IMG/VR virus record: IMGVR_UViG_3300035670_000014
Location: 64,001 to 128,000 of that record
Source of the DNA: a virus
Reading direction: 5' to 3' (one strand)
Length of the DNA stretch: 64,000 nt
Below are positions 38,988 to 47,751 of the stretch, one piece after another (position 1 is the stretch's first letter; the number at the start of each line of letters is the position of its first letter). Both the position numbers and the translations under genes were made by a program. Under the pieces are notes generated by a model. That model saw only the letters and a list, made by a program, of their open reading frames with translations, did not search any database and was not told the DNA's origin.

Positions 38988-39318
38988 TTAACCTTGTTCT
39001 TAGGCGCTTTGTTGTAAAAGGCCTGTATTTGGCTATCCTGGAGGCTCCTTCTGAGGGAGCATCTGGCTTACCAACTTTAAGCCTAGGAGCTCTTAATGGA
39101 GGCTTTTTAAGCGTTAGAGGTTCTTCTACAAGTATTGTGTGAATCTCCTCTTCTGCTTCGTCCTCTTTATCATGAAGGCCAAAGTATTTCTCGACAACTA
39201 TTTGACCAGCTACAGTCGCTGCTGTTCCGAGGAAAGTAGAAACAGTTGATACTGCAATGTCAAAGAGAACACTTTTAGTTCCTGCTGCTGCAAGAAGCTG
39301 AATGGCCTGTAGATACAT
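38965..39318 (-). CDS. Hypothetical protein
   Basis: AGGAG RBS. Confidence 0.6.
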   Translation of the reverse strand: MYLQAIQLLAAAGTKSVLFDIAVSTVSTFLGTAATVAGQIVVEKYFGLHDKEDEAEEEIHTILVEEPLTLKKPPLRAPRLKVGKPDAPSEGASRIAKYRPFTTKRLRTRLNVKPFRY

Positions 39319-39349
39319 AAAACTCCTATTAAGGTATACTTTTATGGTA

Positions 39350-40660
39350 TCAACTATAGTACTGACAGACTTGATTTATATTGATCGGCTCAGTTGGTTG
39401 ATTCGGAATCATAAGAACAGAACAGCTTTTTCGACTTGATGCAGCATAAGCACTAGAGTTTAGATACAAATATGGCAAGTCATAGCGTGGATCTCTAAAG
39501 CCAAACTTGACGCCCATAGATCTGCAGTCATTAAATCGAGTAATAATGTCAAATCTCAAAGGCTGCCAGTAAATAATTGGACTAGGATCCATATCTTTAA
39601 TTAGAGTACTTGTATTTCTTGACTCAGTATTGTAAGATCGCGCATAAGTAGGGTTATTAAACCAATCTACAGCAGTAATCCACTCATTACATTGTGCAAT
39701 TGTATTGCTAGTTGACTCTTGAGTTTCTGCTTTGTATGCAAAACTAAGGTCTAAAGAAGCAAACATTTTATTAGAGTGAGATCTTTTAGCTAGACGAAAA
39801 GAAAAATCTTCAAACGAAAACTCAGAAAGAATAGACTGGTTAATTATCTCAATCTGATCGCTAAAGTTAGGATCCTCAATAACAGAATATAAAGCAGAGG
39901 TAAAATCTTGAGGAACAAGACCCTGAAATAAATATTTTGAAGAACTGTGAAGGATGCCTTCTTCTGGAAGAATACTAAGCAGATCAGAGAACTTCCGATT
40001 AGTCTTCATGTGCTCGAAAACTAAAATCTTCTTAACATAATTAAGAACATTGAAGAATAAGTATCTATAGTTATCGTGGCTTTTTCGTGAAGATGACTTT
40101 AGTATAGGATTAACACAAGCCTTAACAAAATCCATAGATAGATCTAGGCAATTTTGAGTAAGCAAAGGGAAGTCACCCATTGCATAACCCTTGTTAAAGC
40201 CTCCAAAGAAGTAATCTATACCGATTAGACCTTTATATCGCCTGTTCCAGCGTGACCAGTTAGAGTCAATAATCTCAGGATAGTGTTTTCTGAATAAAGT
40301 ATAAATTTCAGTACCTGAAAAATAATCAAAGTTATAAGAAGGAATACCAGAGCTACCAAGAATACCAGAGTAAGAAATCAAGTCATTAACATGATTCGTA
40401 TAGTCAGCCATAATAGGCCGCTCTGGCTCCCTTTCTCTAAACCTCAGGTCCATACCATTGGTGTACAAATGGAAAGTGGTACTCCAGGGATTATAAAGAA
40501 TCGTGCCTGGAATATCAGAGTAAACCTCTAAAGCTTGAATAGATTCCTTATTAAGATCATATAGCTTTACAATCTTATAATTATCAGATTCAAAATTTGA
40601 ATGCACTCCAGAGGTTAAGTTAAATGTTTTTTTATTTTTCTTTGTAGATATATATGGCAT
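39350..40660 (-). CDS. Hypothetical protein
   Basis: 436-aa ORF. Confidence 0.7.
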   Translation of the reverse strand: MPYISTKKNKKTFNLTSGVHSNFESDNYKIVKLYDLNKESIQALEVYSDIPGTILYNPWSTTFHLYTNGMDLRFREREPERPIMADYTNHVNDLISYSGILGSSGIPSYNFDYFSGTEIYTLFRKHYPEIIDSNWSRWNRRYKGLIGIDYFFGGFNKGYAMGDFPLLTQNCLDLSMDFVKACVNPILKSSSRKSHDNYRYLFFNVLNYVKKILVFEHMKTNRKFSDLLSILPEEGILHSSSKYLFQGLVPQDFTSALYSVIEDPNFSDQIEIINQSILSEFSFEDFSFRLAKRSHSNKMFASLDLSFAYKAETQESTSNTIAQCNEWITAVDWFNNPTYARSYNTESRNTSTLIKDMDPSPIIYWQPLRFDIITRFNDCRSMGVKFGFRDPRYDLPYLYLNSSAYAASSRKSCSVLMIPNQPTEPININQVCQYYS

Positions 40661-40670
40661 TTACTTTTAC

Positions 40671-41168
40671 TTAAAGTACAGTTAAGGATGATGTGTTTTT
40701 CATATTCTCAAGTTCATATAAGTCTCTGTTAATTACATACTCTCTCCTGGTGGTCAGACTATATGTCTCAACTAGAAGATCAGAGACAAAATTCCAGGGA
40801 AAAGATTTACAGGAACTAATATCGACCTGAATAAGACCAGATTCAGGAAATGTATGAATAGCAATATGGCTTTCAGCTATAACTGCAATAGCAGTGTGTC
40901 CATATACACCTTCAGATCTATAAGACAAAGACTTTCTAAGTAAGTCGGCCGTCTTAGAGTTACCCAATCCTTCTTCTTCAAGAGACTGAAGACTTCTATG
41001 CATCTCTGAAGTAGCCATTGGAAATGCTACGCAATAAGGAGCAACTATCAAAGTCATATCAAGTAATTCTACTGCTTTATTGATAAAAGCCAGAGTTACA
41101 TTGGTATCATTAAGTAGTTCAGGGGAGCCTATTGCGTCAAGTATATAGTGGAGACCATTGTATTGCAT
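40671..41168 (-). CDS. speD: S-adenosylmethionine decarboxylase proenzyme
   Basis: GLHYILD, VIAESHIAIHTFPE (E-S self-cleavage site) and DISSCK. Confidence 0.9.
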   Translation of the reverse strand: MQYNGLHYILDAIGSPELLNDTNVTLAFINKAVELLDMTLIVAPYCVAFPMATSEMHRSLQSLEEEGLGNSKTADLLRKSLSYRSEGVYGHTAIAVIAESHIAIHTFPESGLIQVDISSCKSFPWNFVSDLLVETYSLTTRREYVINRDLYELENMKNTSSLTVL

Positions 41169-41209
41169 TTAATTACCAGTTACAGGGCTGAATTGCCTAA
41201 TAGATTCTA

Positions 41210-41713
41210 TCACTTACTAAGTAAACTAGCAGATTCTATAAGCAAAGGGTATGGATTTATATTGCTTTGGACTTTATATTCTTTGGATAGAGACTTCCAA
41301 AGGTGAATAGCAGACTCAGATGTACTGCCTGTGTCACTGTATAAAGCAGGAACAAACATAAACTTGGAATCAGGCCACATAGTAGAGGCAAACTGTATAG
41401 CAAACTTATAAATAAGTTTACCTACACCTTTATTCTTATGGGATTCATACTGAATGATTGCAAGATCAACCATTAGGCAGTTAAAATCCTTTATATAAGG
41501 ATGAGGAAAAGATTTAGCTTCATAAAGATGAAAGATAAAATGAAAAACATCTATCTCAAAGCCTGGAACAACATAATATGCTGTTATGTCCAGTATGGAT
41601 GGTTTATTAGCTAATCCTTTGTCAAAATTGACAGATATAGAAATATTAAGGCCTAATATAGAAGAGACTGTGTCTTGCAGTTGACGAGCAAGATTTTGGA
41701 TGCTATTAGTCAT
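41210..41713 (-). CDS. GNAT-like acetyltransferase
   Basis: HKNKGVGKLIY (motif A) and SAIHLWKSL. Confidence 0.55.
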   Translation of the reverse strand: MTNSIQNLARQLQDTVSSILGLNISISVNFDKGLANKPSILDITAYYVVPGFEIDVFHFIFHLYEAKSFPHPYIKDFNCLMVDLAIIQYESHKNKGVGKLIYKFAIQFASTMWPDSKFMFVPALYSDTGSTSESAIHLWKSLSKEYKVQSNINPYPLLIESASLLSK

Positions 41714-41808
41714 AGAATAATTCCCAAAAATAAAATAGAGAAAATGGAAGCATTTTTTTTCTCAATTTTGAAACCTCCTATTAGGCCCCTTTTCTTTATA
41801 TGAGTAAA

Positions 41809-42402
41809 TTAAGGAAGGTTAGCGAAGTAATTAATTGCAGAATCTATAAGATCAGATGTAATACCGGTCTTATAGTTACTGTGTATTAATTGATTGCCAA
41901 ATACCAGACATTCGTCGTCATCGTCAATAACGATGTAGTTTCCAGTATAGTTGCAATAGCTAACCCAGTCCTTAATTTCTTCACTCCTGACAAAGAAACT
42001 ACCTTCGTTTCTTTGTTTGGTTCTAGAAATAATAGAACCAGTAAAACCTTGTAATTTAAGGTATTCTATAGTTCCGTAATAATTAGATCTCCATGTACTT
42101 GAGAGTACATATCTAATATCGGGATAAGTAGAATGAAGTCTATTTAGAATACTAACAAGATCAGGAAAAATACCAGGGTATTTGTCGTCTTGATTGGCGT
42201 TAAAACTACAGGTCCAATTGAGGGCATCTAGATTACTGCCCTCAAAGTTAAGGACACCATCTATGTCAAGAAAAACTAACCTGGTTATTTTAGCCAGGTT
42301 AGGTTTATTTAAGTAATCATCTGAATCATAGAAATTAAGTGGCATTTGAAAATGCCGACAATAATTTATCTCTGATAAATGACTAGAAGATGAATTAGTC
42401 AT
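41809..42402 (-). CDS. HAD-superfamily phosphatase (RNA-repair-associated type)
   Basis: FLDIDGVLN, SSTWR and VIDDD. Confidence 0.85.
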   Translation of the reverse strand: MTNSSSSHLSEINYCRHFQMPLNFYDSDDYLNKPNLAKITRLVFLDIDGVLNFEGSNLDALNWTCSFNANQDDKYPGIFPDLVSILNRLHSTYPDIRYVLSSTWRSNYYGTIEYLKLQGFTGSIISRTKQRNEGSFFVRSEEIKDWVSYCNYTGNYIVIDDDDECLVFGNQLIHSNYKTGITSDLIDSAINYFANLP

Positions 42403-42676
42403 TGTAAGGAAACAGATTCATGATTGTTTCTTCGCATTTTTCAGTGATCATAAGAGTAACCAAATCAATATCACTCTCACAGTAACCAAATTTCTTCATA
42501 AACTGAAGCAAAGGTTGATAAGATTTAAACATTACAGTTTCTGTAATGTCATCATAAGTTTCGTACTTAAAGCAATCGGAAAACTTTTTGCCATTTTGCT
42601 TCTCGATTAAATAAGTTTGATAATAGAATAAATCAGCTAATTCCATAGTTGTAACCAATGATAAAGTCGCAAGCAA
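42395..42676 (-). CDS. Hypothetical protein
   Basis: Operonic ORF. Confidence 0.5.
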   Translation of the reverse strand: MLATLSLVTTMELADLFYYQTYLIEKQNGKKFSDCFKYETYDDITETVMFKSYQPLLQFMKKFGYCESDIDLVTLMITEKCEETIMNLFPYND

Positions 42677-42816
42677 ATGTTACTGGATATTGTTCTTTCT
42701 CAGTATTCATTGAATGACTTAAATAGGGGTAATGTCGTAATAAAGACACAAAACCCATGTTGAGTTTCGTTTATAATTTACTTGTATCGGATATAAAAGG
42801 CAAGTAAAGATAAACC

Positions 42817-42853
42817 AAAAGAAAGAAGGTGAAACCTTCTAGGTTTCACCTTT
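42817..42853 (-). terminator. Intrinsic terminator
   Basis: 12-bp stem AAGGUGAAACCU/AGGUUUCACCUU followed by CUUUCUUUU, at the end of the SPL-C gene. Confidence 0.75.
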
Positions 42854-43743
42854 TAGAAAGCATACCTTATCCTGCAATAGGGGATGTACTCTTGTATTAC
42901 AGATTTAAAATTAGAAACACTTTTAGCCTTTAAATCGTATTTATAGCAAATAACATCAGGCTTGTTGTATTTAGTTTGTTGACTCTTAGGATTCCAAAGG
43001 AATGATTCTCCCTTTGGGTTCCATACTTCGTTGATCTTATGAAGCTGCTCACTATGGGTGAGCATTATGACTTCACAAGCAAGTTGATCTTTGGCCTTCT
43101 GAGATAAAGTTGAATCAATAAGCTGGAAAAGCTTAATCCAGTCCTGCCTGGCACCAGGATAAAGAATCACCGGACTAAAGTTCAAGTGAACTTCATAGCC
43201 GGCATCAACAAGTTGATTGATTGCATTTATTCTTGCTGATATTTGACTAGTCCTGATGTCAACATATTGGGATATAGATTGAGGCATAAGGCTATACCTT
43301 ATCCTTACCCTATCCCCAGGATCAAAAGCCAGTAGAGGGGCAATATTGACCGTTTTAGTAGCAAAGCTAACCTTAGCATTCTCGCTGTGCTTAACAGCTT
43401 CCATTATTTCCAGTGGAATGTTGGAAATCATAAGGTCAAGGCTTACATCATTGTTATTACCAATGTCATAAGTCCAATACTTGGAATCACACTGATTAGG
43501 TTCAAGCTTAGGACCCAAAGAGTTAGAATGAGAAATTATAGAATCTATAACATCATCTGTATTAACAAATATAGTAACAGGATTAGAACCACCCTTTCTA
43601 CGAGCCGTATAACAGTTGTGAGTTAGAATATTTTCAGCAAAATAATTTTCATAAACAGGAACATGGAAATTATAAACAGTCGTATTTTTTTCAATTTTCT
43701 TTATACTTTGAATTTTAGAAAACTTAGGAGTTTTAAGTTGCAT
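42853..43743 (-). CDS. splB: Split-intein C-fragment (43 aa) fused to the C-terminal part of a spore photoproduct lyase-like radical SAM protein
   Basis: VYNFHV...NYFAENILTHN|CYTARRKG; the extein has YDIGNNND, FATK, RIRYSL, GYEVHLNFSPVI and ends RYAF. Confidence 0.9.
   Translation of the reverse strand: MQLKTPKFSKIQSIKKIEKNTTVYNFHVPVYENYFAENILTHNCYTARRKGGSNPVTIFVNTDDVIDSIISHSNSLGPKLEPNQCDSKYWTYDIGNNNDVSLDLMISNIPLEIMEAVKHSENAKVSFATKTVNIAPLLAFDPGDRVRIRYSLMPQSISQYVDIRTSQISARINAINQLVDAGYEVHLNFSPVILYPGARQDWIKLFQLIDSTLSQKAKDQLACEVIMLTHSEQLHKINEVWNPKGESFLWNPKSQQTKYNKPDVICYKYDLKAKSVSNFKSVIQEYIPYCRIRYAF
43615..43743 (-). mobile_element. IntC half of a naturally split intein
   Basis: Blocks F and G with terminal His-Asn followed by Cys+1; Lys-rich. 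Confidence 0.9.
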
Positions 43744-44574
43744 AACTGTTCTGTTTGTGGAAAGTTTACTAATAAAAAATGCTGTGAAGAAAAAGTATTC
43801 CTAGAGAAAGGTTTAGTATTTAACTATCACAGTGAAGCTGCAAGATATTTTAATGTAGATTCAAGATATGCAAAAAGAAAACTCTATAATGTAAACTATA
43901 CTTTAAGTGAAATAAAAATAACAAAAAACAGCAAACTAGTTAATTGTAAAATTTGCAATCAATCATCAATAACTTCAAAATGTAGAGCTGGATATTGTAA
44001 AAATTGCTCTCGTAAAGGATTAGGTAAGAAAACTAGAGGAATAGAATTAAGAAATAAATACCTTGGAGAGAAAAATCCAAACTTTAAAGATGGTAAAGCA
44101 AGGCAGTCGATAAGAAACAGACATGAATGGAAAGAAATAAGAAAAGAAATTCTTTCAGAAAGACAATGCTGTGAAGTAAGTGGACATAGTAAATACTTAC
44201 ATCTTCATCATATATTGCCAGTTTGCTTATTTCCACAATATTCATTAGAAAAATGGAACATTATTGTTCTTCAGGCTAATCTACACATAGAAGTTCATCG
44301 TCAAGATTTAGATATTGTGCTTCTACCCAACCTCTGTTCTTTGTATAAAGAGGATGTTCACCTGATACGCGAAGAGTTCGTCCGTCAACTGAAATTTCAT
44401 AAATTTCACTTACTTGACGAGATGCCAAATGAAAAGCTTGAGCTACTAAAGGAGAACCAGAATTGGTATCGTAAGAAATTACATCTGATCCCGATAGAAT
44501 TTGTTCTACAGGAATTTGGCCACTTGGAGTGGATATCAAAGTTCCTTCTTCCACGCAGTAGAGGCAAGAACTAA
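43738..44574 (+). CDS. HNH homing-endonuclease-like protein, inverted inside the split-intein locus
   Basis: CxxC pairs, GEKNPNFKDG and CEVSG...HLHHILP...NIIVLQANLHIEVH. Likely start is TTG 43738 after AGGAG (the track start is 43663). Confidence 0.85.
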   Translation: MHNCSVCGKFTNKKCCEEKVFLEKGLVFNYHSEAARYFNVDSRYAKRKLYNVNYTLSEIKITKNSKLVNCKICNQSSITSKCRAGYCKNCSRKGLGKKTRGIELRNKYLGEKNPNFKDGKARQSIRNRHEWKEIRKEILSERQCCEVSGHSKYLHLHHILPVCLFPQYSLEKWNIIVLQANLHIEVHRQDLDIVLLPNLCSLYKEDVHLIREEFVRQLKFHKFHLLDEMPNEKLELLKENQNWYRKKLHLIPIEFVLQEFGHLEWISKFLLPRSRGKN

Positions 44575-44866
44575 AACAGCCGTTTGCATGAGACGGCGGA
44601 ATAAAATCAGTTGACCTTCCAGAATCAGTCATTGCCATATTAGACATACGACCAATAACAAGAACATGTCTTTTATTTGCTATCCAATCTACAGGATCGG
44701 CCTTAGCTAAATCTGGAATAAGCCAGTGATTCTTAACATATTTAACTTCATAGTTAGAGCCAGAATCTGCAAGCTTTTGACAGATTGATGTGATTCTAGA
44801 TATTTCCTTTTCACTATAATTACAATTCTGTATATAAAGAGTATTTATATCACTCAGTTTAATCAC
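44276..44866 (-). CDS. splB: N-terminal part of a spore photoproduct lyase-like protein fused to the split-intein N-fragment (93 aa)
   Basis: GRSTDFIPPSHANGCFSSCLY|CVEEGTLI...SGEHPLY...GWVEAQYL. Probable start is GTG 44866 after GGGGA. Confidence 0.9.
   Translation of the reverse strand: MIKLSDINTLYIQNCNYSEKEISRITSICQKLADSGSNYEVKYVKNHWLIPDLAKADPVDWIANKRHVLVIGRMSNMAMTDSGRSTDFIPPSHANGCFSSCLYCVEEGTLISTPSGQIPVEQILSGSDVISYDTNSGSPLVAQAFHLASRQVSEIYEISVDGRTLRVSGEHPLYTKNRGWVEAQYLNLDDELLCVD
44279..44557 (-). mobile_element. IntN half of a naturally split intein
   Basis: Block A CVEEGTLI, block B SGEHPLY and GWVEA..L..DDEL, then a stop; acidic. Confidence 0.9.
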
Positions 44867-44887
44867 TAGGTCCCCTTGGTTGGTATT

Positions 44888-44908
44888 AAGAAAAGGCCCC
44901 AAGGGGCC
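44888..44908 (-). terminator. Intrinsic terminator
   Basis: GGCCC-CUUG-GGGCC followed by UUUUCUU. Confidence 0.65.
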
Positions 44909-44916
44909 AGATAGAG

Positions 44917-45465
44917 TTAAGACTGATACTCAGCAAGTAAATTCCTTACACGCTGAATTTCTTCTAGTGTATGAGGAGTACCTGTAGCGTTGATTCGTAG
45001 GTATAACATTAGCCGATCTGCAGGACTTAGGTCAACATACATAATCTTAACTTCCGTCTTGCGATATAGCTGTCGAATGTCCTTATCATCAAACTCATGT
45101 ACATAAATGTTCTCGCCGGTAGTCGGTTCGATTGCCGGGATGTTACCAAGCATCCAATGGTACAGCGAAAAGAGCCGATGTTGCCCATCAATGATCTCCA
45201 TATGATCATCGTAGATGTTTCGATTGATCCAGCATGGAGGACAGAATCCTCCAGTAATCATACTTCCGACAAAAGCACTAGCTTGATATACAGTCCAAGT
45301 ATGATTTCGTTGATAGTCAGGGACTACCCACTTTCGATTAGGATCATCTGGACTACCTGCAAATCCCTTTTGTATCTCAAACAAGTTAGCATGCGACTCA
45401 ACAACAAAAGGCAATGGTTTAAAGATAGAATCAAATGATCTTTTGATTAGAGTTGAAGCTGTCAT
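44917..45465 (-). CDS. Stand-alone DUF262 (ParB-like, GmrS-type) protein
   Basis: VPDYQRNHTW, IIDGQHRL and RINATGTP. Confidence 0.85.
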   Translation of the reverse strand: MTASTLIKRSFDSIFKPLPFVVESHANLFEIQKGFAGSPDDPNRKWVVPDYQRNHTWTVYQASAFVGSMITGGFCPPCWINRNIYDDHMEIIDGQHRLFSLYHWMLGNIPAIEPTTGENIYVHEFDDKDIRQLYRKTEVKIMYVDLSPADRLMLYLRINATGTPHTLEEIQRVRNLLAEYQS

Positions 45466-45475
45466 GTTTTAGATT

Positions 45476-45799
45476 TTAGCCTTTAATTTTAGTATTTAAA
45501 GCACTAATATTTGTTCTTTCAGGGATAGAAGTACTATACCAAGTACTATATTCATCTAGAATATAAGATAGAGAATTAATAAATAAAGATATAGAAGGAT
45601 CGAAACTATAAGTATTATCAAGAGTCATACTTAAGCCTAGATTTGAAATTCTATATCTTGCATAAAGAACTCTATCAATAAAAATGCTTAACTCTCCGGT
45701 ACCATAGTCTTCAAATAAGATTCCTGAATCTTGGTACTTGAAGAAGTATGAAAAGAGTTTCTGAGTTACAGTTCTGCTTATAGGTAAAGTTTTACTCAT
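45476..45799 (-). CDS. Hypothetical protein
   Basis: ORF with AAGG upstream. Confidence 0.55.
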   Translation of the reverse strand: MSKTLPISRTVTQKLFSYFFKYQDSGILFEDYGTGELSIFIDRVLYARYRISNLGLSMTLDNTYSFDPSISLFINSLSYILDEYSTWYSTSIPERTNISALNTKIKG

Positions 45800-45831
45800 T
45801 TTTACCTTAATATAGGTTAGATTTAGTTAAG

Positions 45832-45906
45832 TACGCCTGGAAGGATTCGAACCTCCGACCGATCGGGTAGAAACCGATTGCTGCTATCCAACTGAGCTAC
45901 AGGCGC
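45832..45906 (-). tRNA. tRNA-Arg(TCT)
   Basis: Acceptor GCGCCTG/CAGGCGT, ATCGG-TT TCT AC-CCGAT, GGAGG-TTCGAAT-CCTTC; one extra base in the D-stem. Confidence 0.88.
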
Positions 45907-45942
45907 ATGAATAATGGCACTTAATATAAATTAAGTTAAGAT

Positions 45943-46296
45943 TTAGTGGTCAGGATAGTAGAGCATATCCTCAAAGAGATAAGGATCATCAAACGGCTCT
46001 TCTTGGGTAATAGAGCCATCAGGGTGAACTTCAAAGTGATCATGAATTGACCAAATTGAAGAATCGTTTACCAGAGCTCTAAGGTGCTTAAGGATTTGAG
46101 CATCCGTAAGCTGATTGCATGCTACATCTTCAAGAAAGATAGAAAAGTCAATTGACTTATCGCCCTTAATTGACCTGATATAGGGTGCCCTGACGTAGAT
46201 TACAATTTCAGCATCTAAATCTACAGCAAGTTTACGGGCATATTCAAATGCCTCAGACTTAGTAGTAAAAGTATTACCATTAACTAAATACTTCAT
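45943..46296 (-). CDS. Hypothetical protein
   Basis: ORF with GAGG RBS. Confidence 0.6.
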   Translation of the reverse strand: MKYLVNGNTFTTKSEAFEYARKLAVDLDAEIVIYVRAPYIRSIKGDKSIDFSIFLEDVACNQLTDAQILKHLRALVNDSSIWSIHDHFEVHPDGSITQEEPFDDPYLFEDMLYYPDH

Positions 46297-46314
46297 AAGG
46301 TAACCTCTAAGGGT

Positions 46315-46533
46315 TTAGTTGAAAGATGTAAGTATATCTTGCACGTCAAGGAGGCAATCAATAGTATCCTGATGGGTAGGATTACTCATTTTCATAAGTA
46401 AGTCTATTCTATCAAGAGCTTTAGTGATTGTAGACCTGATAGGGCTACCATTTATTTTCATTTCAGTTACAGCTTTAATCAAAGCCGAAATATCTTCAGG
46501 AGATAAAGCAAACCTGTAGTCGGTTTCGGTCAT
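46315..46533 (-). CDS. Hypothetical protein
   Basis: ORF with AGGGG RBS. Confidence 0.55.
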   Translation of the reverse strand: MTETDYRFALSPEDISALIKAVTEMKINGSPIRSTITKALDRIDLLMKMSNPTHQDTIDCLLDVQDILTSFN

Positions 46534-46552
46534 AGTTCCCCTATTATTTTAG

Positions 46553-46598
46553 AAATAAAAGCCCAACTAAACCCAAGATTAAAAGGATCTAGTTGGGC
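46553..46598 (-). terminator. Intrinsic terminator
   Basis: GCCCAACUA...UAGUUGGGC followed by UUUUAUUU. Confidence 0.6.
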
Positions 46599-46609
46599 AG
46601 TTATTTGAA

Positions 46610-47011
46610 TTATTCTGAGTCAGACTCAGAAGACTCCAGAGCACCTAGCATGGGGAGTGCAGAACGCACACTTTCCATGAGGGGCTCGGCTACATCACGT
46701 CCTACAGCCTCAGATACAAGACTTGCAGCCTGACGGGCTGTACGAGCAGTACGACCAGTAATTAGGTTTGTATCTGCTGCCATTGACAGAGCCATAGCAC
46801 CAAGAAGCTTAACAGCAGCACGGCCGTAAGGATTCTCGAGAACTACATCTGCACTTTCACCAAGTAGGCCACGGCCTACCTGAATAGCAACTTCTGATGC
46901 CTGATTGGCAACACCGACCTTGACTCCGTGACGGAGGCCAGAGGCGATTGACTCAAGAGAATTTGAAACTGGTGAACTGCCAGGAGCAGTTCCGATAGTG
47001 ATTGTAGCCAT
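46610..47011 (-). CDS. Ala/Gly-rich hypothetical protein
   Basis: Probable start at MATIT; GC-richer codons. Confidence 0.65.
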   Translation of the reverse strand: MATITIGTAPGSSPVSNSLESIASGLRHGVKVGVANQASEVAIQVGRGLLGESADVVLENPYGRAAVKLLGAMALSMAADTNLITGRTARTARQAASLVSEAVGRDVAEPLMESVRSALPMLGALESSESDSE

Positions 47012-47167
47012 TTGTTTATTTTTCCATGGAGGTTGTTTTAGTATGAATTTTATATAAGAATAGACTTGTCTGATCAAGTAAGATTTTAATACTTGTCTGT
47101 ATTTAAATAATAAGACACGGGTTTACTTAATTAGACAATTTGAACTTTTAGTAAGATTAGTACCCGA

Positions 47168-47380
47168 CTAGTGCTTTGTTTTAGCTTTTCTATTATTTTT
47201 TGTTCTAGTCGTGGGTGAATCTATAGTCTTACTATTAGTTCTTTGATCTACGCTTGTTGCAAGAATCCGATTGATCAAATTGGATCCAAGCTCAATCAAA
47301 TTAAAACGGACCGAAAAGGTGGCGGGGCCAACCTTTAGAGTTGTAATGTTACTAAGTCTGTTGTTTTTTAACATAAGCAT
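47168..47380 (-). CDS. Hypothetical protein
   Basis: 70-aa ORF downstream of a GAA hairpin. Confidence 0.45.
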   Translation of the reverse strand: MLMLKNNRLSNITTLKVGPATFSVRFNLIELGSNLINRILATSVDQRTNSKTIDSPTTRTKNNRKAKTKH

Positions 47381-47405
47381 ATCCTGGTAGGACTTACACT
47401 ACAGA

Positions 47406-47420
47406 TTGCCGGAACGGCAA
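47406..47420. repeat. TTGCCG-GAA-CGGCAA inverted repeat (copy 2)
   Basis: Identical to the cores at 24481 and 55498. Confidence 0.8.
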
Positions 47421-47453
47421 CAGGGCAGTTAAGCAAGTTTCCTTTAGGAAAAT

Positions 47454-47741
47454 CTACTTAGAAATTTCAATTTGGCCATTGAGAATGCAAACAATGGGAT
47501 TGATAGATCTAGATAGTATGCCATTAAATGTCTCTTCGGTCATTGAAACAAACTTCGCAGATTTAGGTAAGCAATCTGTAAGTTTAATTTCGTTAAGGTG
47601 AAAAGCATATATAGATTGTGTTCCATCTTGTGCTCTTAGAATCAGGTGGTAATTTTTAGCTGATAAGTTGGATAAAAATGAAATATCATTAGTTTTAGAA
47701 TGGGAAAAGTAACTATTGGCAAGTTTTATCGAATGATGCAT
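47454..47741 (-). CDS. Hypothetical protein
   Basis: Operonic ORF. Confidence 0.55.
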   Translation of the reverse strand: MHHSIKLANSYFSHSKTNDISFLSNLSAKNYHLILRAQDGTQSIYAFHLNEIKLTDCLPKSAKFVSMTEETFNGILSRSINPIVCILNGQIEISK

Positions 47742-47751
47742 TTTTAACCTA

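Noticed and set aside
43744-44275. Group I intron joining IntN and IntC
   Set aside because: The gap is entirely HNH coding sequence on the other strand, no intron core elements were recognised, and IntN and IntC have their own stop and start. RT-PCR would be needed to exclude it formally.
44917-45465. GmrSD type IV restriction system
   Set aside because: Only the DUF262 domain is present with no DUF1524/HNH partner; the nearby HNH belongs to the intein locus.
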